Source: Chrysomallon squamiferum
Taxonomy: Eukaryota; Animalia; Mollusca
Assembly: GCA_012295275.1 (NCBI GenBank)
Contig: CM022665.1
Coordinates: 37,572,001-37,636,000 of the forward strand
DNA length: 64,000 bases
Direction of reading: 5' to 3'
Shown: piece by piece, positions 25,481-37,600 of the stretch
Position numbering within the stretch: position 1 is the first letter of the stretch
How the letters are laid out: each line of letters starts with the position of its first letter
The notes under the pieces: generated by a model
Databases searched by the model: none
The model's input: only the letters and a program-made list of their open reading frames with translations
What the model was told of the DNA's origin: nothing
Translations under genes and position numbers: made by a program

Positions 25481-26233
25481 ATTATACACTGTTACATTAC
25501 CGTCATCTTTTTTATTACAACAAAGTCAACCGCTGACATTCAGTACACTATCACTGCTATTTAACACACGCGCACACATATATGTAGGTACGTACGTACA
25601 AAGGTATTTTAATTATTAATACATCTTTTTAAGTAAGTAAATAAACCATATCAAAACAAAAGAAATACAATCTAATTTAAACATAATAAAATCTTCATTT
25701 CATTGAAGGGTGAAAGGAAATGAAGAGCTACGGAAAACGAAAATAAAGACCAAAGTGTTCAACATTTTTCACGACCATTAAACACGGATGCTGGGCCCTA
25801 CGTACATTTTGTCCGAAAATTAGACCGCTAGACGTAGTAGATATCGATTTATGCATAGTTTTATATAATTTTTACGCTGATTAAAATTCTTTCCCCGATT
25901 CATCGTAAAAGAGACCACGTCATCAAGACGAATTCAGACAAATCAATGACAAGCCCACGTCATGCAGCACTTTGAAACACGTTTGGCCACGACTGACTAA
26001 ATAACCTCTAGAAAGCTTTTGGAATGTTTCAAGAAGACGTCAGTATTTCTGATAGTGACGCTGTTAGGTATTTTGGTGTGGACAGATACGTTAATCTGCT
26101 AAACGTTGTTGTAGCCATCAGGAATAGTCATCGGGACAATAGGCCCAGAGCTAATATAAACGGGTCATGCACGATCGATATATTCGAACTGCCATCGCTA
26201 TCTATTTATAAATATAAGCAGCTGCACATAATG

Positions 26234-26281
<48 letters not shown>

Positions 26282-27583
26282 GCAGCAGCAGCAATAATAA
26301 AAACCATAGTAATAATAATATCAAAAAGGAAAGAAAAATGGAAAATAAACAAACTGTGACATTACAATAGCCTCTCTTGATCGTCAGTAAACGATTCCTT
26401 CTGATAGAACATATGATCGTGTCATATGCTTTGGCGTCCTTTAAAAACCTAAATGGTGAACTTGGAATATTTCTCAATTTCTGAGCATGTTACGGCTGCA
26501 GCAAACCATAAAGACTCATTTTTGCTGGTAAGCAGACAGAGGGAGTCGTAGATTGATTCTGTTTCGATGACTTGTCGGCGGGATTAGTGATCGTAGTGAG
26601 GTCAGTATTGTTCATTATAGTAAACGATGATTACAAAGTTAAGTACAGACTGCCACGATTAATTAGTTTAATTCCACAAACTGGCTTCGTAGCGACTAAT
26701 TTAGCTTTTAGCTTTTGAAGTTCGTCAGATGATGAAGTAATTACATTGTCATTTTCATACCTTTTCGTTTTGCTATTGGTGGATGAGCTTAATATTAATA
26801 ACATATGGTAACACTCAATTTACAGACTCTAATATTACTTGGTTAACTATTAACAAATCGAGATATCATGTTAACACTTAAAATAATACGATTTTTGTTT
26901 AACGCTTTATCGTTCGACGACAATACGAGAAAGGCATAGAGAAAGACGAGGGAGGGAGAGAGTTAGCCTACATTACGAAAAATTCAAACTTTATTATTTG
27001 AAAAGATTTGGTGTCTTGTATGTGTATGGATAATTTGTACGTACTTTCAAAGGCTCTGGAGACGAAGAAAATGATTCAAATCTTGACTTGTAATAACAAT
27101 ATAATGCAGATTTTTCTGACTCGTAGATTCTGAATAAAAGTTATTATAAAACTCATTTTGAAAACGATATTTTAAAACCAAATCAAATAGTAACATAAAT
27201 TATATAATCTGGATAAAAAACTTTTTATTATTATTATTAATTCTTTTTTTAATGTAAATGATTTATTTCTTAATTTCACACTTCTGAACATAATTAAATC
27301 TGTCTTGAGTTTTTGCCATTGCTATAACAAATTCGTGAATTTCAGTAGAATTATTAATTTCCTTTACTTAAAAACAGAATAAAAGTATTAATTTGATTAT
27401 AAATATTTTGTTTATTGTTTTCTTCTTTATAGTGAAACCGATTTTATTCTTTAAGGACGCCACAATGATAGGGTCTTCCATTTTATAAGATCATGGATCA
27501 CCCCTATTAATCGTGTTAAGAATCTGTAAATAAGTTTTTGAAGCACTGTTTAGAAAAATTAAATCCCAAAGAAGAAAGCTCTA

Positions 27584-27637
<54 letters not shown>

Positions 27638-28184
27638 TTCACCAAAAATAAAATATAAATATTAGTAATACACATTTCACTGACCATTGCATGAACCATT
27701 CACCAGTTTAAGGACAACTGATCTAGAACTTCATAAATTGTTTGTTTTTTCTTTTGTTATTATATGTAATAATGTATTAAATAGTTTGATTTAAAGATAA
27801 AATTTTAACTGGTTTTATTTATTTATTTCTCTTGATTTCTCTTGTAAAGTCTTTGTTCTTATGTTTAAAACAAATTTGTTAAATACATGAAGTTTAACCC
27901 ATCCTGAAGGTCAAAAAGTAGCGTGACATGGGGACTCAATCTCTGGAGCACATTTGCGATGATCAAACGATATGGCTATTTCATGCGCTTTTGAAAAATT
28001 TGTCACATACTTTATTGGGTTTCATTCTTTTTTCTTTTAATTTAGTATAGCTACCGGATTTTAACGTCTGATCTCAGAAAGTATCAGTAGAGATAAGCAG
28101 AAAACACAAGCGATAAAAAGAAGATGATAAAAACAGAAAGACAAAAAACACCAGTAGTCCGTTGTTTTGACTGAACCAAATATT

Positions 28185-28250
28185 CCTAACGTCATCAAAA
28201 ATAGAGCACATTTTCGTTTACGTTTTACAGTTTGTTGCGCCATTTATTGC
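28185..28250 (+). promoter_or_regulatory. Putative NXF1 core promoter/5'UTR elements (ACGTCA CRE-like; CGCCATTT YY1-like)
   Basis: CpG-retaining segment just 5' of the NXF1 ATG (28273). Short motif matches only. Confidence 0.35.
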
Positions 28251-28272
28251 CAATAGCTCGTGATAAAATTCG

Positions 28273-31200
28273 ATGAGTTCGTTTAGGGTAACAGCTAGTC
28301 CGGATGGTTCCCGATCTTTTGAAGGTATGTTTATAATATAGAATGAGATCCTGTATAAAAATATCAAATATGACGGAATGTTTGGAGTTCTTATCTTTTA
28401 ATATTTTTGGTTTTAAACTAGCATAAGGCCATACCCAACACCTTGGTTTATAACTGATTTTTCTTTTTTTATCGTTATCATTACTGTAGGAAATGAATAA
28501 TCTGGTATGTCCCAGGGTAATGATAACAATTACCAATTTTAATAATAATAAAAATTTAATTTGATGAACAAAATATTTGAATATTAATGCTTATTATTGT
28601 GTAAGAAGTAAATGGACTTTTTAGATGAATCTAAAGAAAAAATGCGTTTAATATTATTCGTTATATTATGAAGTTGATGCAGTAATATTAAAAGTTATTT
28701 TAAAACTTTGAAGAGATCTGAATAAGCACACTGAAATGATTGAGTGGATTGTAGCATACAAAATAATACAAATTAACTCTGTTTCTTATACTTTGAAATT
28801 TTAAATTTGTTTCCTTATGTTGAAAATCAGGAGAGAAAAAGACGAACAGTTAGTAGATTTTAAAGTATGATAAACAAATTGTTTATTTAATGAAGGTTGT
28901 TTTTCTGTTTTTTTTTTTTTAACCTCTAGATCACGATGACAGGTGGTCAGGCAAACAAAAAAGTCAGAGACGAGGACAAGGAAAATCATATTACAACAGA
29001 AGTAATTGATATTATAAATGTTTATAGAAGGTTAAATTTAAGTATTTATTAATTAACTAAACAGTAATGTAAATAAAAAATGTATAAAATTTAACTTTAT
29101 CATATTTCTTCTGATAATATGAATTATACATAAAAAGTAAATAAATAGTAAGAGCATTTTGTATTAGACTAGAAAGTGTACAGTTAGTGTTTTGTACAGG
29201 TCTTTTTAGTTGACCAAATTTAATTGTTGAACATTTTCTTACCTCGGTGGTCATGAATATTAATCTTTTATCTGTTTGTTATCCATCAATTAATTAATCT
29301 GTCACATGTCACAGTATTACTATAAATTTATGTTCTGTTTAGACAATTACAACCGAGGCAGTAACAGAGGCAGCAGGGGTAATGTTAATCCACGTTCACG
29401 GTTTACTGATGAAGATGATGATGTTGCTATGGAACCTGCCAGTGGCCACAGCAACAGACGATTGTAAGCTTTACTAAAATTTCTTCCTTTCAGTGATTGA
29501 TAATCATGTTTTAATCAGCTATAAAAACATCTGGGGTTTTTTCAGTTTACAATTAGTTTTTAAGAGGGAATTTACTTTAATGTGTTTAAGTGAGCAAATT
29601 TGAATTTTGTTTTTGTTTTTTAAATACAGAAGAAAATATTGACTGCATTTTTACCTATTGAAGGAATATAAGTATGTGTATACCAGTAGTTATTCACATT
29701 TTTACATAAAAACACAATTAAAATACAGGATCTGTGAAATAAACAAATTTTCGGGTTGTTTGAAAATAAGAATCCATTTTAAATATCCTTTCTAAACAAA
29801 ATTGTTTTTAATGTATAGGATCTGTGATAGAATCTGCTTCATAAGAGTACATTAATATCTTAGGCTTCCACTACTGACCAAAAGGTTTTAATTTTTGTTT
29901 AAAATATTTTAACTTTATTTTTTATAATTTACTTTTCTCTTTTTTTTCTTTTTTTTCCCAGTAATCCATATGGACAAAACAACAGCTGGAGCAGACGAGG
30001 AAACAAAGGACGTTCTAATTCTAAAGGAGGCAGAAACCGTGATGATTACCAAAGAAACAGTGAGTAGCTATATTGAGCGTCTGCAGTTCATTTCAGATTT
30101 ATATGTAGCATTTCACTCTTTTTTAACCCTTATTCACATTTGAAAAATAAATCTGTAGAATGATGGAATTTCATATTAAATTTAATATATTAAAAAAAAA
30201 AAAAAAAAAAAAGGGTTTTATAACTAATGAACAATGCAGTTATATATATTTTTGTTGTTGTTGTTTTTATTATTTTGTTTTACATACATATAATTAATAA
30301 GAAACCATGAAAGCATATCAGAATTTGGATGATAACATTTAAGACAGACTGTTTACTAGAGACAGCTCATCCCTTTCAGATAAATTGAATTAGACATGAA
30401 GGTAATATATAGAAATGCAAGTACAAAGTTAATACATTAAATTTTATTTCAGGAGACACTAGTGTCATGCTAAGAATGGGGTTGCCAGTCAAACAGCAAA
30501 ATCAGTGGTACAAAATAACAGTGAGTCAGCATCTACTTAGAAATTAGATACATCTACAAATTTTGTTCTGTTGATTTACAAATAATTTGAATGGACTGGG
30601 TAAAAAGTTTGATAGTTAATGACTTGACTGACAAAATACAGACAGAATTTGTTCAGCAGAAAGTAAAAAAATTTTAAAAAGTTTTTCTGATCTTAAAACT
30701 AGTTAACACTAATAATAGTGTGATAAAATATTGGTAAACCATATGTGTGTGTGTGTGTGTGTGTATATATATACATAATAGATTAGCATTTTAAAAATAG
30801 ATGTATTGCTTCACTTAAAATATATTTATTTAATATTTAATATTATGCAAGCAGAGTTTGATATTCTTTGGTTGTTCTTTTTGTGACTTTGACCATAACT
30901 TTGTTTTTCTCTTTCCAGATACCACATGGCAAAAAATCAGGAAAGGATGAAATTCTTAAACTGATTACATCAGTGATTGATGGCCCATTTCAGCCCATAT
31001 ATGTAAGTTTTCTTTATCATTTTATTCTGTTTGAATTGTTGGTAAGCTAAACACAATCAGTTCAAAATGAATGACATTAAATTAACATTATCTTAAATGT
31101 ACAATAAACAGTTTTAAAAGGTGTTCATAGGATGGCTGCAATTGTTATGTTTGTTATCTTCCCATCAATAAACAAGTATCTAGGCCAGTGTTTCTTAACC

Positions 31201-34200
31201 ATTTACTTTTCAGCACCCCTTTTCATATACATTTTTAAAGATATGGCCTTAAGATTAAATTTTATACTGTCACAGAAACGCAATGAATTGTGTAATTATA
31301 AATGATTAGCTTTTATCATTGTTCTGTGTTCTCATAATGTTGAAAGGCTGTGCTATGACCTAGCTGAGAGTCACTAATCAAGCAGTCCATACAACAATGA
31401 AAAAAAAAATGAAAAAATTTTCATCATAAAATCAAGCTCAAACAGGAATATTTATTTTAAATGTCTGATTATAATGTACACTGTATAGTTAAGTATTATT
31501 TATTTATTAGCCAATTTTTATTTTTATTATTTTGTTTTAATCCTAGTTTCATCATCAGAGTAAGGATGCTTTGTTTTATGTGAAAGATAGGGATCAAGCC
31601 TCTGCACTGAAACGTATCAGCAGAACAATAACATTACCAAATGGATTTAAGGTTAGATTGTGTTCATCACTAAAATAGCTGCTGCACATTAGTTAAGAAA
31701 TGGCATTTTAAAAAGTGAAAAATAAGAGCATAACATGAATAAGATCAAGCTTATACTGGAAGATAAGAATCATTTGCAGATCCATGATCTTTGAAGTACA
31801 TTTTGTATGTGCTTAATTATTGTTTACCTTTTGTTTCTTTTATATTTTTTCTTATAATTATTATTGTTAACAGTGTGAAAGTTTATTCACCACAAAGATA
31901 GCAATTTCTTTTATAAAACTCTGGATACACAAATAATGTTTTAGTATGTGTGTGACTGTGCATGGTAATACTATCAGGTAATGTTATTTGATTTAAATAT
32001 GAAATCTTGACTCAGTATCAGTAGCCACCAGTGTTCCCTCTAATCTCTGTGTGCACAGTTGTGCAGTCATTGTATTGGTGCTGAATGCATTTTAATATAA
32101 ATCAGATAATTTGGCTTGGAAATGTATTCTGTTAAAAAATTGTTTACATATTTATGCAACAAGTGCCTTCATTTAAAAAACAGTTTTTTACTTTTTTTCC
32201 CTATCAGTTACTTTATCACTTATCTTGTCCATAGTGTATGTATTTATTTGTCTATATTTCATGGGGAAATCAAAACTAATTCATCAAATATAGCATATGG
32301 AGGTTTCTTTTTCCGATAGATTTTTGAAAAATACTTATAAAATTTACTTTTATATTTATAAGGATTTTCTGGGGCATTATTACTTTTTTCTTCTTTATAG
32401 ATGATTATTGTTGTTAGTCCATGCAGTCCACCTGTTATACCCATGGACAAAGAAAGCATTGAGAAGTTACAGGTAAAATATATATTTTAATATCTGAAGA
32501 TGTTTTTGGTTTTTTTCTGATTAAAATCTAAAAATTATTTTTTAATATTGTAGATATCAAAATATAAACTGCTTTTCTTATTCTCGTTTACTTTTGTAAG
32601 TAAGTACATACATCTATTTTACTTCCTACCCATCAAGATATGAGCTAGCACTTTTTACATAACTAAACATTTTTTTTTTTTTCTTGTTTTGAAACTTTGG
32701 TTTGTTTTGACTGTGAGTATAATTCCAAATTTTTTACTAAAATTCTTTATTGATCATCTTACTTAATAAAAGCAATATTAAGTTTCTTTTATTAATACTC
32801 TGCTGCCATTTAAACATTTTTTTTTGATATGTTCTAGGTAAGGATGAGTCAAAGGTATGATCCTGTGACAAAGTTTCTTGATCTCAGTTCATTGTATCAA
32901 GATGAAGGTAAGACATATTTTATTATTAAAATGACATAAAATTAACCAGTATGCATTTAGATCATTTATTCCACCAAAGGTATACTACAGCATTTACATT
33001 TTATAATGATTAAAAATGTCATGAAATCTTTCATGTGATATTATAGACCTACAATATGATATGCATAACACTGTGATTGCTTGGTTATAATCGTAATAGA
33101 AATTAAATAATTTGGCTTGGAAATATATTCTGTCTAAAAAAAAACAAAAAAACAAAAACAACAACTTTGTTTACGTAAAATTACTGCTCATTATTTTTGC
33201 AAGGTTAAAAACAATTTTTTTTTTTTTTTTTTTTCAATTATTTTACCATTTGTCCTGTCCATAGTGTATATTTTTATTTTATTTTCAGTGCTGTGTGCAG
33301 GTGGTCTGTACCTAGCCCTCAACAGACAAAACACAATGTCAAATGTTGTTAAAATTATTAAGGAGAATATACCTGAGGTCTGTATTAATTTAATCATAAT
33401 TGTCAAAATTCTTTATTGCATTATCACATGCTACAGTAATGTTGCATATACTACTTTTTAAAAATAATGTTTTGGTCTAACTCATCAATGTTTTGGTAAA
33501 ATTTATTTATTCTTAAAAGTAATACACTGTAAAACCAAGAATTGGCTATAAATGTAATTGTGTGTATGTGTGTGTGTGTGTGAACTACAGATAATGTAAT
33601 CTCTCAGTACTAAAAAATATATACTGCAGATATTTTAGACACAGTTGTTGATGTTGTATTAAATAATATAATAAAAAAGGATGTCTTTCTGTAGTGAACT
33701 AAAATTGAAAATAAATGTAAAACTTTTGTATTTATTTATTAGCTTGCTGGTTTGGATCTGAGTAATAATCGTCTTCTTTCATTAAGTCATCTGACAGATA
33801 TGGTTTCCGCAGCACCTCAGGTCACTCGACTGAATATTGGCAAAAATCAGGTAATGTTGTTGTTATATGTTACCTGATATCAAAAATTTTCATACTTCAG
33901 GGGATACAGAATGTTTAATATAACAAAAATCAAAAAAAAAAAATTCCTCTTCTGTCAGATACATATTTTTTGGTTATCTTACTTTTAATAACTGCCTTGT
34001 TTTGTTGTGAATAAATATGATATACACAATCAAAATATGTTTTTGCAACACCCCTGATATTTTATTTCTTTTGTTTACCTTCAGTGATGCAAAATTTATT
34101 AACAAATAGCTCTAGTTTTAATACATACGTCTTCAGCCATTTTGAACCTTTGTTGACATACTGTGTACAGGTGGAACTCTCTACTCTCATACTGTATGAT

Positions 34201-34622
34201 GGTATAGCAAGAATTATCAGCTAGAAAAGGAGACCATGCTATCCAAAAACAGTCAGCTGATAGTGTATTAAATAAGTGGTTGGATAAAATGTGTCAAGTG
34301 ACTGAAAACCCACACTTCTTTGCTTATCTGTTACCATTTGTCTGCAATATTTGATCAGCTGTTTCACTGCTACTTCATAAAAGTTTATATAAATAAAATT
34401 CAAGCTGTAAGCAAAACCATGTACTTGGTTTTGGAAAAGGTCTCAGACACAGAGGCATTGAGGAAAAATGATACAATAATATTGTCTAATTTTGATTTTC
34501 CCAAGTGCACATTGTTTTACTGAACTGCGTTTGCTTAGATCTGAGCAAATTTCCAACAGAATGTTTCGAAAATTTCAGATATTCTTTATAGCACTATTTC
34601 TCATGTCATATTACAGCTGTAT

Positions 34623-34659
<37 letters not shown>

Positions 34660-37600
34660 AAAAAGCAAAGAAAAATGTCAAAACAAACAAATAAAAGCCT
34701 AAACAGAAAATGCTTGTTAACTATTTACTTACAACATTTGAATGCATTTGACTTATCAGTTACGGAGATCCAGATTTTGAGCTGAAAGCTATGAAATCAA
34801 ATCAATCTGGGCTTCTTGTGAGTTTGATTTTTTTTTTTTTTTTTAACCTCTTTTTAAATACATAACTTATATAATGTTAAAATTTCAACCAAATCTAATA
34901 AGAATTAAAAAAAAAATTATTTCACTATAACATGACTCCTTAATTATTAGCGTGCTATCTCATATATGTAACTAAAATGATCTGAAGTACAGCTGATCCT
35001 AGATAAGTATCAATCAATCTTTTTTAATTTTAAAATGTTTCCATTAATAAATTTAGTAATTATTTTGGAGTTATTACCTTGTTATTAATGAATGATCTTT
35101 TAACTTTGGTAAATCTAAATTACATTAAAACAAAAAAATTTTCATTTATTTTTATTAAGTTTATTATTACCTTGATATTTTCTGTTTCTCTTCTTTTGGA
35201 TTCCTTTTTGTATGAGCTAGTTGATATGTTAAAAAGTGAGTTCTAAGGATGTAGATCAAAGTGAAATTTGTATATATGTTGAAAAGTTGAAATTTATTTT
35301 TAATTTTTAGTTGAGGTCTATTGATGAGCTTCAGAAGATTGAAGGGTGGAAATTGTTGGAGCTTGTTTTGGATGGCAATGATCTGTGTAATCGTTACAAA
35401 GATCAGACAGAGTATACTAGGTAATGGTATCGATCATTTGAGTTACCACATGTTCAGACATTGTGATCATCAGAATGCACTGGCTGGCTGATAACCACCA
35501 ATGGGGTAACTGATGACAGGGCACATTAAAATGAAATATAAATTTAAACAAAATTTTAACCCATAAATATACAGCTAGAAAAGAAAGAAACAATGTGTGT
35601 ATCACACAAAAATGAATGGTAATATTTTTTTATTTTAATTTTTTTTTACCCCATAATATCCTTATAACATCTGAAAATCTAAAATTCTCTTTTCTTGTTT
35701 TTCTTTGATTTTGATTTGATTTGATTTATTTATTTTTTTAATAATATTATTATTATTATTATTTTTTTTTTTTTTTTTTTTTTTTAAAGACTCCTGGGAA
35801 TAAAAGCATAATTTTTAGCAAGTATGGTGATTGTTTGGTGTGCTGACAAAATCTTTTCAAAGTTTTCATTTTATAACTCTTATTAACGCATACCACTGGA
35901 TTAGTATTGGAAATCTTACAAACATTTCTGCCTCTACTGATGATCTCATTTGACAAAATAAACAAAAAGGCTGAAACCAAAGCAAGCCAGAAATCTTTTG
36001 ATTCAGTGTCATCAAGTGAAATGGCCAGATAGAACTGACCCTGAAAAAGGGTTAACAATGTCCTGAAAAGGACATCACTTTTTTATTGAGGCCTGCAGAT
36101 AAATTATGCTGACCAGGTGACGCAGCTTTGCTTCCGATGACGGGTAAGATTTCCCAGGAAGGGGGACAACCTAAGACAGGGGCAGCTGGGACCTGGTGAA
36201 AAAGCAATTTCAAAAAAAAAAAAAAAAAAAGGATCGTTGCTAAGAAGAAATGATGATTTACTGAATCTGATTTCAGCTTGCCAATTTATGAAGAAGGCAA
36301 ACCAAAAATGATGGTAGCTTTTGTCAGTTGCAGTCTCAACTTTTATGTTTGGTTTTGGTTAAAACAGATAAAACTGTTGCTAAACATTCAGCAAAGTGTT
36401 GATCAGTGTTTTTTCTTTTCACAGAGTCAAAAGTAAAAAAAAATTCTTTGATGGGAAAAAACTGACTACAAATTATTTGACAAATAGTTAACAAACATTT
36501 TGTTTTTGTCTTCATTTAATGCAAGATTTGATCTTCGAATTCACATTTGTCTTTGATTGATTCCAAATATTTTGATATGGAATTCTTGTAAAGGTTTTAT
36601 TCCAATTAATAGCTTGACTTCACTTGTGCAGAATATCTCCTCAGATGTTTTGTCAGATGCACTCAGACTGCAGATTAAATTTGAAATATTTTGTGAGGTA
36701 CCCAGACAGTTACACCATATTTGCTTTGTGTATAGGTACCCAGACAGTTATACCATATTTGCTTTGTGTATTTTATGTTGTGTTACAAATGTCCAGTAAT
36801 TTTTTTTCCTACATGTTTGGGTTTTGTTTTTGTTCTAAAATAATTTTCCATCATTATTATGTATGTAGATAATATCAGTATATAAAATTAAGAAAATGTT
36901 CCACAAATCTGAAACCTTTATTAAGTTTTCTTTATTCATAAAACTGAGTCTCTCCTTTCTTATTTCTCTTTTCTGTTCTTCTTTTTTCCCTCTTTTTTTT
37001 TTTTTTCTCATATTTATAACATGAAAATAGAACTGCATATAATTCATTGTCTCCACCATTAATAATGTTTGGTTTGTTTTATCAATAGTCTGAAATATAT
37101 TTTATGAACATCTTGGTTTTTGTTATGTATGTATATTAATGTGACACTTTTCCAGTATGGTACGAAAGAAATTCCCCAAAGTCATCAGCCTGGTAAGTTA
37201 TGTTGCTGCTGTTGTTGTTGTTGTTGTTGTTTTTTTTTTTTTTGGGTTTTTTGTTTTTTATATTATATCTCAGATTTAGACTAAACTTGTTTGTTAATTT
37301 TATGAAGTTTCAGTTTGACTAAAGATATTAGTTTGTAAGAATTGTATTTGTAATGCTTGCAGATCAGTCATTCTGAAATTGGATATTAGGTCAAACCAAA
37401 AAAAAAAAGAGAGGGAGAGAGATGCATTTAATTTAGAAGATAAAAGTTATGAATTATTTAACAGTACTTGGAATAGGTCTCATTTCAGTATTTATAGAAT
37501 AACATGTCTAATTGATATTTGTTGCACAATAATACTAATTATATAACAGTGATGAGTAGAATATTGCAATGTTTTTATATTTTTCCTCAGGATGGACGTG

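Larger units (their letters stand above)
35421..37155 (+). other. NXF1 'cassette' intron (orthologous position to human intron 10), candidate retained intron
   Basis: Flanked by exons of exactly 110 nt (35311-35420) and 37 nt (37156-37192), the conserved NXF1 cassette. Read-through gives ACT AG|G TAA, a stop after residue 350. Confidence 0.9.

Noticed and set aside
34171-34201. Poison exon in NXF1 intron 11
   Set aside because: The acceptor is plausible but the donor is weak and there is no other support.
35937-35977. Hammerhead ribozyme (CTGATGA...GAAA) in the NXF1 intron
   Set aside because: No stem II pairing between the core motifs and no supporting stems I/III.
36058-36084. Bacterial intrinsic terminator or lambda nut site
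   Set aside because: Hairpin plus U-run lies inside a eukaryotic intron with no phage or bacterial context; treated as an RNA structure instead.
36112-36197. Endogenous retrovirus insertion as source of the CTE
   Set aside because: No LTR, PPT, env or pol remnants flank it, and it sits in the same intron as the vertebrate cellular CTE.
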